From Mizuhopecten yessoensis (Eukaryota): a DNA stretch of 64,000 bases. The DNA is taken from assembly GCF_002113885.1 (NCBI RefSeq), contig NW_018408705.1, positions 334,000 to 397,999 of the forward strand. Direction: 5' to 3'. Below the pieces are notes generated by a model, which saw nothing but the letters and a program-made list of their open reading frames with translations, had not been told where the DNA came from and did no database searches. Below, in pieces: positions 1 through 10,809 of this stretch. Positions within the stretch are counted from its first letter, which is position 1. Each line of letters opens with the position of its first letter. The translations under genes and the position numbers were made by a program.

Positions 1-370
1 GTATTGTTTTGTCCTATATCTCTATAGATATTCTGTGTCATTCACAGTATTGTTTTGTCCTATATCTCTATAGATATTCTGTGACAGTCACAATATTGTT
101 TTGTCCTATATCTCTATAGATATTTTGAGTCATTCACGGTATTGTTTGGTCCTATATCTCTACAGATATTCTGTGACAGTCACAATATTGTTTTGTCCTA
201 TATCCCTATAGATATTCTGTGTCATTCACGGTATTGTTTGGTCCTATATCTCTACAGATATTCTGTGACAGTCACAATATTGTGTTGTCCTATATCTCTA
301 TAGATATTCTGTGTCAGTCACGGTATTGTTTGGTCCTATATATTTGTATATAATCTGTGACAGTCACTGT
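1..370. repeat. 46-bp tandem repeat, about 8 copies (starts at the window edge)
   Basis: Unit gtattgttttgtcctatatctctatagatattctgtgtcattcaca. Confidence 0.95.
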
Positions 371-384
371 ATTTTTTTTAAAAC

Positions 385-790
385 GATACAGAAAACCCCG
401 GTATGATCACAAAATATTTGACAAACACTGTCAGAGCCCGTTTTGTTGATCAAATAATTTTGTATACAGACAAATCCCATATGATAACAAGAAAGTGAAA
501 AACAATGTGAAAGCCCGTATGTTCATCAAAACGCTAGCATACAGAAAAAAAACGTATGATCAAAAGATAATGACAAACAACGAAGCCTGTATGTTCAACA
601 AAACGCTTCGTGTACAGAAAAACACGTATGATCACGAGAAAGTGACAACCACTGTCAAAGTCCGTATGTTCATCAAAACGCTACATAAGTATACATGTCG
701 AAAACCTCATATGAAACACTGTCAGAGCCTCGTATGATCACCAGAAAATGACAAACAATGCAGATCAATTACGATCATCAAAGCGCGACT
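385..790. repeat. Degenerate tandem repeat
   Basis: Recurrent gtatgatca..aaa.tgacaaacactgtcaaagcccgtatgttcatcaaaacgct. Confidence 0.7.
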
Positions 791-1315
791 TATATAGAAA
801 GTCTGTATACTCGCTAGAAAGTAGCATATACAGTAAAATCTGATGTGATCTCCAAAACGTTTTACGTATACAATGAGAAGCCACATGATCAGCAAGAAGT
901 TTTACAGACACAGTTAAACCCCGTATGATCACCAGAAAGCCCAGTACACATGTACCACCACAGGATTATATACACCTGTTAGATCACCAGTTACGTATAC
1001 AATAAAAACCCCTTACAGTCTTTAATCCGTTACATATCGACTCCATTGGACATGGCTAATGGGACTTGTCTTCTAATTCCCAAACCCATATCTTCTCACT
1101 CGTAAAATCAATAAAAAACGTGTTGATTTATTCCATTAGCGGACATTCATCTCGCCTTCACAGTCACCCTTTCGACGCGTCAAATGGCTGCGCACATACC
1201 ACTCTGCGCCTTCGAGATATTTCTTTTGTAAATATCTTCTTATATTTTTCTATAAAGAAGAAAATTACTCCGTCGTAATATTTTCTGCTTCTCCTTTCCT
1301 TGTTTCTCCCTCCGC

Positions 1316-1333
1316 TGCCACCAGATGGCGCTG
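1316..1333 (+). promoter_or_regulatory. CTCF-like motif upstream of the nAChR start
   Basis: TGCCACCAGATGGCGCTG closely matches the CTCF core CCASYAGRKGGCRS. Confidence 0.5.
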
Positions 1334-1614
1334 ATCAATACATACAGAGCCATGCGTAGAGCGGTGAACTCTTGCATACTTTCGTAAATGGAGTATACAT
1401 ATTATCGGACTGTTGATTGTAACAGCCGGTAGCACGCGCGAGAGAGAGCGAGAGCCGCACAGCATACTTAGAAGCCTATCGCACAACAGAAGAAATCAAT
1501 CTAATATGAATAGACAGGATACCTAATGTTCATCGAAACTTCTGACAAATGGCAACTTCTTGATTTGACTGGAAAGTGTATGTGAGCGAGATTGAACTAT
1601 TAAGAGGGAGCAGT

Positions 1615-1809
1615 ATGGTGTGGCTATACGTATCGGGGTGCTGTCTGTTGGCCTTTTTCGTGCCTACCTGGTGTAGTGACGATGCCAAAAGGCTATACCA
1701 CGATCTACTGGTGGAAAGACACTATAACAAACTCATCAGACCGGTCAGTAACAGTTCGGACAAACTTGTGGTCAAGATGGGCATACGACTCTCCCAGCTG
1801 ATAGACGTG
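1615..1809 (+). CDS. nAChR alpha coding exon 1 (signal peptide plus N-terminal helix, ending LSQLIDV)
   Basis: ATG at 1615 gives MVWLYVSGCCLLAFFVPTWCSDDAKRLYHDLL...YNKLIRPV...LSQLIDV. Donor GTG|GTAAGT at 1810, phase 0. Confidence 0.95.
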
Positions 1810-4530
1810 GTAAGTATATCAGTATATGTGGGACGTGTGTAAGTAAGGGGTGCTGTTACATCACCCTCATGTGTTTACATTGGCGCTCAGGTGGGCTCCC
1901 ACACGTGGTACTGATACTTGTTAACGATATCCATGTCTCAGCATGAGGCTTTAACTACACGTGTATTACACGTCTGTACAAACAAATAAAACCTATACTA
2001 GTTGGCTTTGTACACACTTGTAGGTGGAATTTAAATGTGTACATACCTACATGTGTGTTTCGCCACTTCTGTCAAAATAAAACACACACTTCATTATCAC
2101 TATCGTAGTACTCCTGTACTGATGTCAACATTACTTGTAACGAGATGGCGCCACTGACAATAAACACTTACTACTTAGTTTGGTAATAGTTTATCCCACT
2201 TTCAATTTACCTATATAATATACAACGTAATACTAAATGCTTTCTCCAAACAGAAATTTCGTTGGGGCAAATACAAAATCGCATTTTCTGCTTAAACTGA
2301 TTTTGGTTTGTCCTACTGGCAGTGGTTTTGTTTGTGTGTTTTAGTGTTGCTATATTGTATGTGGAGCTAGGCCAGTATCGAAGACCGAATCAGAAGGCGA
2401 GTGCACATGTTTATCGACTTACAGAGAGCTACATATACAAACCATGTGTTACTCATTTAAAAGTCAATTTGGCACTTAAACATAATAACCTAAATTACAC
2501 AATGTTTTTTGTTTGTTTCAACAAGATATAATTACAAGTAAAACATGCCCTTCCAGTGACCTCTACTGGTGACTCCAAGTGTAGTTCCCGAAACAAATAC
2601 TCCTAATTCCTTTCATCCTCAAACCCAATCATCTAATAGTATTATCCCTGGTCCAAGTGTTTCGAATGCCCTTAAGGACTCACACAACTAAATCGTTTAC
2701 TCTATGTTATTACCAAACATTTGAGCTAATAACATTAATATTTGAAGTTCAAAACTAGTGCCAGCTGTCTAGATTCATAAATACATACCTTGCAAAGGCT
2801 ACAAAATGACTGTTTTGGTAGGTTTAGTGGCATATGGGAGTGTCACAGCGCCAAGAAGTTGACAACCGGAAGTTTACAAGCAAAACATGTGACCCAAAAC
2901 AGAAACGCCCCCAGGCATTTTGCCCCGGTGCAAATCCGCACACAGACATGGAAATATATCCAAAGTATATATTTTTCAAAAGTTAAATACCTGAACATTT
3001 CATTTATCTAAAGATCTGTCATCAGTTCCTTATTAAACCCCTTCAGTGGCCCAGTAATTAGCCGGAACTTTTTTCAGAGAGGAACTACAAGCACTTGGTG
3101 ATTGGCTGATTTTACCTCAGTCACTTCAGTTTTTCCATAGAGAAGTGATATTTTGGTAAAGGCAATATATATGTAAGTTCAAGAAATTCGCTTATCTTAT
3201 GAAAAAAACTAAGGTGAAGACGTTCGTGAAAATAAGGCTTGATCTACATAGAATTTTACTGAAAATATTAAACTTTACGTTTCACTACTTTTTTTGTATT
3301 GCTTTAATTATTTTAAATTCCGGTTGTTATTTTTTTTTAAACATTTTCAACATATTAAGATTTGAAGATTGTAGTGTTTAGATTAAAATGTCGACCATTA
3401 TCAACACAGCACTAAATATTAATTATGAAATTGCTGTTCGGATTGTTCAGGGTTTTTTTCATCAATACTATATTATCTCTTTTGATTTTTGCATATGATA
3501 ACATGTAAAAATATAAGTGAAAGAACTATATACATCCAACTTCCTTTTGTATTAGATTTTACAATTTGTTTTTTTTTTTATTTTCTTTAAATGTTTAAGG
3601 TCAATATAACTTGTAATTTAAACAAAGTGTTCGTTGGCATTTACATATTTGGTAGAATTATTATAAATAAACAATGATCTTCATGTGACTTTGACCATGC
3701 CTTTGACCTTTGCAAACATTTGATTTGACTAGCTATTGCCTGGTCGAATACCCGAAGTTCTTGTTGTTAAATGGTTGTTGGTATGAACATATGCAAACGT
3801 AAATACCAAAAAAACACCAATATTGAAGAAAAAATTTACACTCAAAATGTTTCTTATCAGATAATTCTTATTCCAGCTTTTTGTTATCTGAATTGAACAC
3901 AACGGAAATTGAAACTATCATTACCAAGGTCGACAGATATGGTATATTGCATATTCATTTGAATTCACTTAGCTTACAACACACGAAAGTCAGTCATGAA
4001 CACTTTTTGAACCTAGAACAAAAACTAAAGATAAAATTCTTTGAATGGATTTTCAACTTCAAAACAACAAATATAGGAATGAATTTTTCCGGGGCATCAT
4101 TTAAAAAAATCATTATCTTAAAGGAAAAGGAATTTCAAGCATCACTTTGTTGAAAAATTCATTTACTTTCATTTTATCAAATCTTTATCGGAATTGCCTC
4201 TAAGCCTTGCTGTAGCTTTGTGGTATCTGTTAAGAATTTACCAATTATGTGATCGTCATGTAAAAACAATGGTTTCCAAGGCAACGCCATAGCGTCGGGT
4301 ATCGTGCCAGCCGATGATAAAGATATCAGGTTTGAACACTGTTTCTGATTCGAATTCAATAATACGCTGGCATGGATACGACCGAATTAGGGCGATGATA
4401 AATCCAATACTTGTATCTAGTCCACCGTAAGAGATTGCGAATTCTTGAGGATACAATACTTCCGCAGTGGAGATTTTGAATTTTGTGTATCGTACAAGTA
4501 CGGATACAGCCGTGCCAATATCTATATAGT

Positions 4531-5775
4531 TGGATTGGTTTGGTTTGGTTTAGTATTGTATAACGTCCTATCAACAGCTATGGTCATTTAAGGACGGCCT
4601 CTCCTGTGTGCAAGATGCACGCGTGTAGTGTATGCGTGTGTGTTTTGGGAGGCTGCGACAAGTTCGTGTTTGTCTCTTTGTGATAGCGCGGAACTAATGC
4701 CGACTTTATAGTGCTACCTCACTGAAACATACTGCCGAAGACTCCAACAGGCATCCCATCCGGTCACATTATACTGACAACGGGTGAACCAGTCGTTCCA
4801 CTTCTAAATGGCTGAGCGTTAAGGATGTACTCTTCTGAGGTTTCAATCACGTTCAAGTCTCGTTTTGATCTGGTGTAATGGGATTTTGTAATATTTAACA
4901 AATTATGATCAAGTTTATTAGCAAACGCGCATCTGAAAAGTATGTCAAAAAACTAGATGCCTGTTGTTTGTAGAACTTATTTTAGAGGAATTTTTAAAAA
5001 AATACCATTTTGGCGGCCATTTTGAAAATGTGTATTTATGTGTATTTCTTGCGCTTCAAAAAAGGCCAAAATTTCACCTTTTTTGACACTAGATTGATCA
5101 CTTAAATTGTCATTGTGTCGCCATTTTTAATTATAGCTGGTTCAATTTTGCTGTAGAACTTTATAATGTTCAATATGATAAAAATGATATGCAACAAACT
5201 GGAAAATTATACATTATTGGTGGTTTTTTTTATTTATTTAGTGTAACTGAAGCACTTTTGATTTTTGACTCCGAAAAAGGTAAAAAATAACACATGATAA
5301 TGGGACAAAAAAGAAGCACACTGACCCCCCATTTTTGTAGATGTTTTAGCAAGAGAAGCACATTTTCATTTAATTCAGTTAATATTAAATAAAGTTTAAT
5401 ACCAGAACTTTTTATATCAAGCGTTTAATCTGCAAAAAAATGGATTTTCTACTATGCCATTAACTCCTTTTTCCAAATATCCATATAAGAAAAAAGGTTT
5501 AATACAGGACATTTTTGACTTCTCAGAGGTGTACATCCTTAAGCAGGAGAAGAATATACCATTTTTACAGACACTGGTATGTCTCGGCCAGGGGACAAAT
5601 TCCAAAGCTTTCCTCAGAGGGGCGAACGCTCAATTTAAGGCCAAAAGTGAGGCTTTGTCAAGGGAGATATTAGGAAGAAGAAAGTTGTTAAGAAAGAAAA
5701 GAAAAGATAGGATCCCAAATTTATTCGCCTCTTACGATCATGCAATGGGGGCAGCAGGAACAATTCTTACGCCCT
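4531..5775 (-). mobile_element. tRNA-derived mollusc SINE (Meta-domain-like body), interrupted by a TTAA MITE
   Basis: (TTGGT)n tail at 4531-4550. Central agtgctacctcactgaaac...ggtcacattatactgac block. Degenerate A/B-box-like head about 5590-5655. Colinear with the copy at 8180-8240 plus 13995-14315. Confidence 0.7.
4823..5538. mobile_element. Non-autonomous DNA transposon with TTAA TSD and GG...CC termini (Kolobok-like MITE)
   Basis: TTAA at 4819-4822 and 5539-5542. TIR GGATGTACTCTTCTGAG / CTCAGAGGTGTACATCC (15/17). The host SINE resumes on the other side. Confidence 0.8.
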
Positions 5776-6503
5776 ATATATAGTGTAGTCTTGGTTTTTG
5801 GTGCATAGCAGTTATGTTTGACGAGTGAAGTGAATATTTTAATGTTGAACCAACTAGTTAAATACTTCTATTTATCAAGAGACCAAGGATATTTTATAAC
5901 GTTTCTCCACTCTAACGTTAACATGTTGAACAAAGAAATGCTGTCAGAGATATTGTGACGTCACAATGGATTATGTTCATTTGATGCTGTCCATGATAAA
6001 AGTGTGAAAATAACAAAAGTGTTCATAAAATTGTTGAAGAGACAAATACATGTACAAGGATAGCATCTTTAATTTTATCTTAAAACTAATATCATATCAG
6101 TAAAATTGTTATCAATTACTTTCAACACTTATACTGTGATGTATATTTTTATGGTCATATGTGAAAATCACCAATACAACGGTATGTACCTCAAAAGACA
6201 AGGTTGGGTTGACAGGCAATCTATAATTTTCATTTTTTAAATAAAGAGTACAAATAGGTTATTATGTATACAACATATGTGTACACATTGAGGCCTTAAT
6301 AACATGCATCATGCAAAGGTTGTTGATGTGAAAAGGGGATTGTATTGTTGAATAGCCCATCGACAGTTCAGTTCAGTCCATTAGTATAGGCAAATAAGTG
6401 TCAATAGTAAACTCATTAACAAAGGCGACCATGAGTAATGTACCTGTACTAGTTTCAAAATAGCTTTTGTTCACCGTGGAATTAACGAGCAAGTCTTCTT
6501 TTT

Positions 6504-7275
6504 TTATTATCCCACGCTTTCACCGAAACGGGGGATATTAATTTAGGTTTGTCCGTCTGTCTGTCTGTTTGTCTGTCACGCTTCGTTTCCTTGCAATAAC
6601 ACAAATGTTAACCGATTTTTCTTCAGACCTGGTCACAGGGTCAAATGCCTTAAGGGGCTCGGCCACGTTCGATGACCACTTTCAGCGGACCCCATTTGGC
6701 AGAGTTATGGCCCCTTGAATAACGAAAAACTTCATTATCTGCCGCATTTCGTTTCCGTGCAATTACTACAACAAACGTTAACCGATTTTCTTCAAACTTG
6801 GTCACAGGGTTAAATGCTTTAAGGGCTCGGCCAAGTTCGATGACCACTTTTAGCGGACCCTATTTGGCAGAGTTATGGCCCCTTGATTAACGAAAAACGT
6901 CATTTCATTTGTATCTGCAGTTTCTGCTTACCGGTAATAACTCAAGCAAATAAAATTCCTCCAAACTTGATAACAATATTTATGTTCATCTGTCTTTACA
7001 ACCATCTCGGGCACTCTTTGGTTTTCGTGTGATAATTACTGTAGATATTGTTCATATGTTTCAACCAAATTCCGTATGCACATCCGACTCATGCTAAGTT
7101 TGCCAACTGATATTTACGATATTCAATGAGGTACAGGGCTTTTATTTCTTCGAATTTCAAGCTATACATCATGTCTTAACAGCACGATACTCACATGTTT
7201 AAACCTAACCTCAATACTGTTAACCTGCAATATGTCCTGCAAGCGGGGGATAAAAACTCCAAGAATTTGCTTGTT
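6504..7275 (+). mobile_element. Helentron/DINE-1 (HINE)-like non-autonomous element
   Basis: 5' sub-terminal box with hairpin (tatcccacg...cgggggata), (GTCT)n microsatellite, two core repeats of about 170 bp, matching 3' box gcgggggata, T-rich insertion site. Confidence 0.7.
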
Positions 7276-8351
7276 TTACCATAGTCAGGCCGGAATTTAT
7301 TTCGAAAGAGATACACTAAATATTCTTTATTTGGAAGTGTATGCAATATATTAGCAGAATGTATTTACAGTATTCATCTAACTTTCCTTAAGAACATTAA
7401 TCAAATAAATTATTTCACGGATAAAAATACATGGAAATGAGTATTTGTACAGATTACATAATGGTTTGTAAAATTCCAATTATGTTGAACCAGGGAAAAT
7501 ACGTGTACATGTATATATACAAATTACATGTAGATGTAGTTTTTTCTGACTAATGCGTTTTGCCTTTATTTAGCCCTTTTTACAGATAAGTTTGACAACA
7601 CTGGCACAGAAATGGCTGTCAACACTAACTACACGACCATAACAGGACGCGTTATCTCGGTTTTAAATTTTAAACGTTATACCAAGAACTGGTCCAGAGT
7701 TATATAGGTAATGTCGGTACATTTCCTCTACTGTATAGTACAGAGATCTTCAGACAGTGAATAGATTCCCTGTAACGACAGTGTATAGCCAATCATACAA
7801 AAATATATAACCCAGAGAAATGGGTATATTCCTACACGATATTTCAAAACAGAACTTCAAAACGCTATTGAACGACAAATCGACATCCATAAAATAATTG
7901 GATGTCGATTTTGTCGTTCCATAGCGTTTTGAAGAGAAAAAAAAAGAACATTTCAAATAAAATTGCATGTTTTTGAAGTGCTTGGTTTGTCTTGGTTTAA
8001 TTGGTTAAGCATCTTATAAATAGCTGAGGTCATTTTAAGGCGTGTCTTTATTAATGTTAAAGTATAAAGTTTCATGAGGTTTTTAAAAAAAACTCGACTT
8101 TTTTATCGGTAGTAAGTACGAATATTACAAAGCATAAATGATTGAACGTATACTAATATAATTACTGTTCCATAATGATGGTTTGGGTTGGTTTTATTTT
8201 GTTTAACGTCCTAATAACAGCTATAGTCATCCAAGAACATGCATCCATGTCTGTTGTGTATGCGTGCATGTGTGTTGTGTATGCGTGCATGTGTGTTGTG
8301 TAGGCGTGCATGTGTTTTATGGATGCGTGTATGTGTGTTGCTAACTGACAC

Positions 8352-8373
8352 GGACTTCCGGTGTGCATGGCGG
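8352..8373 (+). promoter_or_regulatory. Putative internal promoter at the LINE 5' end (Ets-like GACTTCCGG plus YY1-like CATGGCGG)
   Basis: GGACTTCCGGTGTGCATGGCGG lies just inside the left TSD. YY1-type ATGGCG motifs mark L1-type 5' ends. Confidence 0.45.
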
Positions 8374-8782
8374 TCGTGTTGATTATGTCTCCGACGGATT
8401 TTGAGTGATAACATTATTCTCTGGATTGGTGCACATATACAAGTAAGGTATTTACATTGCAAGATGACCATGTGGCCCTAGTATTCTCATTTTGTGGCAT
8501 TTGCGTTGTTCTGATTGCATTTTGAGCGATTTTACCCTCGTCTGCCTTATTCGCCAGTAATACGTATATTATATATATACCCCATATCTACCTGGGTAGT
8601 GAGTAGGACAGCACCGAGTGACCATAGCCAAACTTTCGTCACGCTCTATTGACCAATGTTACCTTACCTGGAGATGTGCACGTGCCCGCTTGTGTCGGTG
8701 CTATTTTTAGCTCCGTGTACGACTTTGTGTTTATGTGTCGGGTGTCTACAGTAGGTGACAGCGGTCCGCTCTGTTCTACACC

Positions 8783-9853
8783 ATGGCCCCCAAAAAAACT
8801 GTCCCCACCAAGCATCAATCTACATCTAGCATTGTTAGTGAGGCACATAAAGTAATATATGAAGGTGTTTCAGAGGATTCCACGGCTGTTATGAAGCACA
8901 TGACTGAACTTTTTAATAGACTAGATACACGTCTTACCCACATTGAAAACCAAGTCATAAAGATTGATCAAGTCCAGAAGGATGTGACCTCGTTGACCTC
9001 TAAAGTCCATCAGTTAGATCATGAGGTGAAGAATATTGACGTTAAGTACAGGGAAATTCGCAATTCTGTGTCCAATGTTATCAGGCAGTCCAATGAAATG
9101 GAAAAGGGTGCCCAGGCCCTGAGTGATATGTATGACGATGTGAAGTCTTGTCTGGATCGAAACAACATTACTCTGGCCAATCTCAAAGCTGCTGATGACA
9201 AGAATGTAGTTGACACCACAAAAGTCATAGAAGAATTAACAGAGCTCCGTTCCGAGAGAACTAAGCTGAAGGATCTTGTCATAGACCTGCAATACAGGTC
9301 CATGAAGAACAACCTCATATTCCATGGACTACAAGGGGAAAATCCAGGGGAGGACACTGAGGCCAAACTGCGTGATTTCCTTTATTACGAGCTCGGGATT
9401 GACTCACACATAGATTTTGGGAATGTACATCGTTTTGGCAAGTTTGTGAACGGCAAGCATCGACCCATAGTGGCTAGATTTATTCACCACAAGGACCTAG
9501 AACTTGTTCGAGACAGTTCTTCGAAACTGAAGGGTTCTGGATTTTGGATCAACGAACAATTTCCAGCGGAAATCGAGGACAGACGTCGCAAGTTGTACCC
9601 TGTGCTTAAGCACTACAGAAGTGAAGGCTGTAGGGTTAAGTTGGTACGTGATCGGCTCTACGTTAATGGTAAGCTCTACCATGACGCCTCCTCGGAGGGC
9701 GTTACAGAGACAGTAGCTACATCTCGATCCACACAGAGAGAAGCTACCCAGCAGTCCTACCGTGATGCTTTGGACCGGACGCCGACTTCTGGTCAACGCC
9801 ATTCCAAGCGTCAACGTCGATTCACAGCTACGCCTACGCACTCGCCTACATAG
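8783..9853 (+). CDS. LINE ORF1p (coiled coil plus L1-ORF1/Transposase_22-like RRM and CTD), 356 aa
   Basis: Heptad-rich N-terminal half. Motifs DLQYRSMKNNLIFHGL, HRFG, RPIVARF, INEQFP..IEDRRRKL and DRLYVNG are typical of L1-type ORF1. Confidence 0.9.
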   Translation: MAPKKTVPTKHQSTSSIVSEAHKVIYEGVSEDSTAVMKHMTELFNRLDTRLTHIENQVIKIDQVQKDVTSLTSKVHQLDHEVKNIDVKYREIRNSVSNVIRQSNEMEKGAQALSDMYDDVKSCLDRNNITLANLKAADDKNVVDTTKVIEELTELRSERTKLKDLVIDLQYRSMKNNLIFHGLQGENPGEDTEAKLRDFLYYELGIDSHIDFGNVHRFGKFVNGKHRPIVARFIHHKDLELVRDSSSKLKGSGFWINEQFPAEIEDRRRKLYPVLKHYRSEGCRVKLVRDRLYVNGKLYHDASSEGVTETVATSRSTQREATQQSYRDALDRTPTSGQRHSKRQRRFTATPTHSPT

Positions 9854-9907
9854 GGGTGTCGGGGGGCAACAATCAACGACAGTACCAAGTGTGACCGGGC
9901 GAAACAT

Positions 9908-10767
9908 GTGTCTGATACCGATATCAGAATTATTTCCTGGAACGTAAATGGTGGAATAGAAAAAAAACTTAAAGTTACTGAATTCCGCAATGTTATACTT
10001 AACTATGATATTATTTTTTTATCCGAGTGCTGGATTCCAAAAGACTTTGAGGTAGACCTTGAGGACTTTCACGCAGTTGTTGTACCAAGGAAATTAACAC
10101 GCTGTACACAAGGTGGTGGATTGGTGTTACTAATACGTAATACTATTTTTAAATTTGTAAATGTAGGTAATGTTTTGTTTGATACAATTATACCGGTTAC
10201 TCTTGACCAGGATTTGACCAGTTGTACTGACAACCTAATACTGTTATTTACATATATTCCACCTAGTTCATCTCGTTTTTATGAACAATATGATTGTGAT
10301 ATTTTTTCAATTCTAGAAAACGTTATAAGTGAATATTCTGAATCCAGAAATGTAATGGTTATAGGTGATTTAAACAGTCGTACCCGTAATACAGATGATT
10401 TTATTTCATTCGACAATTTATATGGCGGTATACAGTCTCATATTGAATCCATTTTTAACTACTTAAGTGACACTGATGAAGAAAGGCTTCTGCCGATCAG
10501 AACAAACCCTGATCCAGGAGTCAACGAATTTGGTACAAGATTATTAAACCTATGTAAATCCTCGGGTCTAAGAATTTTAAATGGTAGAGACCTAGCCAAT
10601 CTATCTAGTGATTTTACTTTCTGTGGTGCAAATGGAATGAGTGTTATTGATTATGTATTAATGCCATTTAGTATGTTTTCTGTTGTTAAAAAATTCATGG
10701 TTTGCGAATTTGTTGAATTTTCCGACCATGCTCCATTGCACATTGAAATACACTGTAATTTAGGAGG

Positions 10768-10809
<42 letters not shown>

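Noticed and set aside
1576-1614. Upstream GTG start given in the ORF track
   Set aside because: In a eukaryotic gene, the ATG at 1615 directly precedes a typical signal peptide.
3850-4530. Possible very old retroelement coding relic on the minus strand
   Set aside because: No convincing RT motif could be read.
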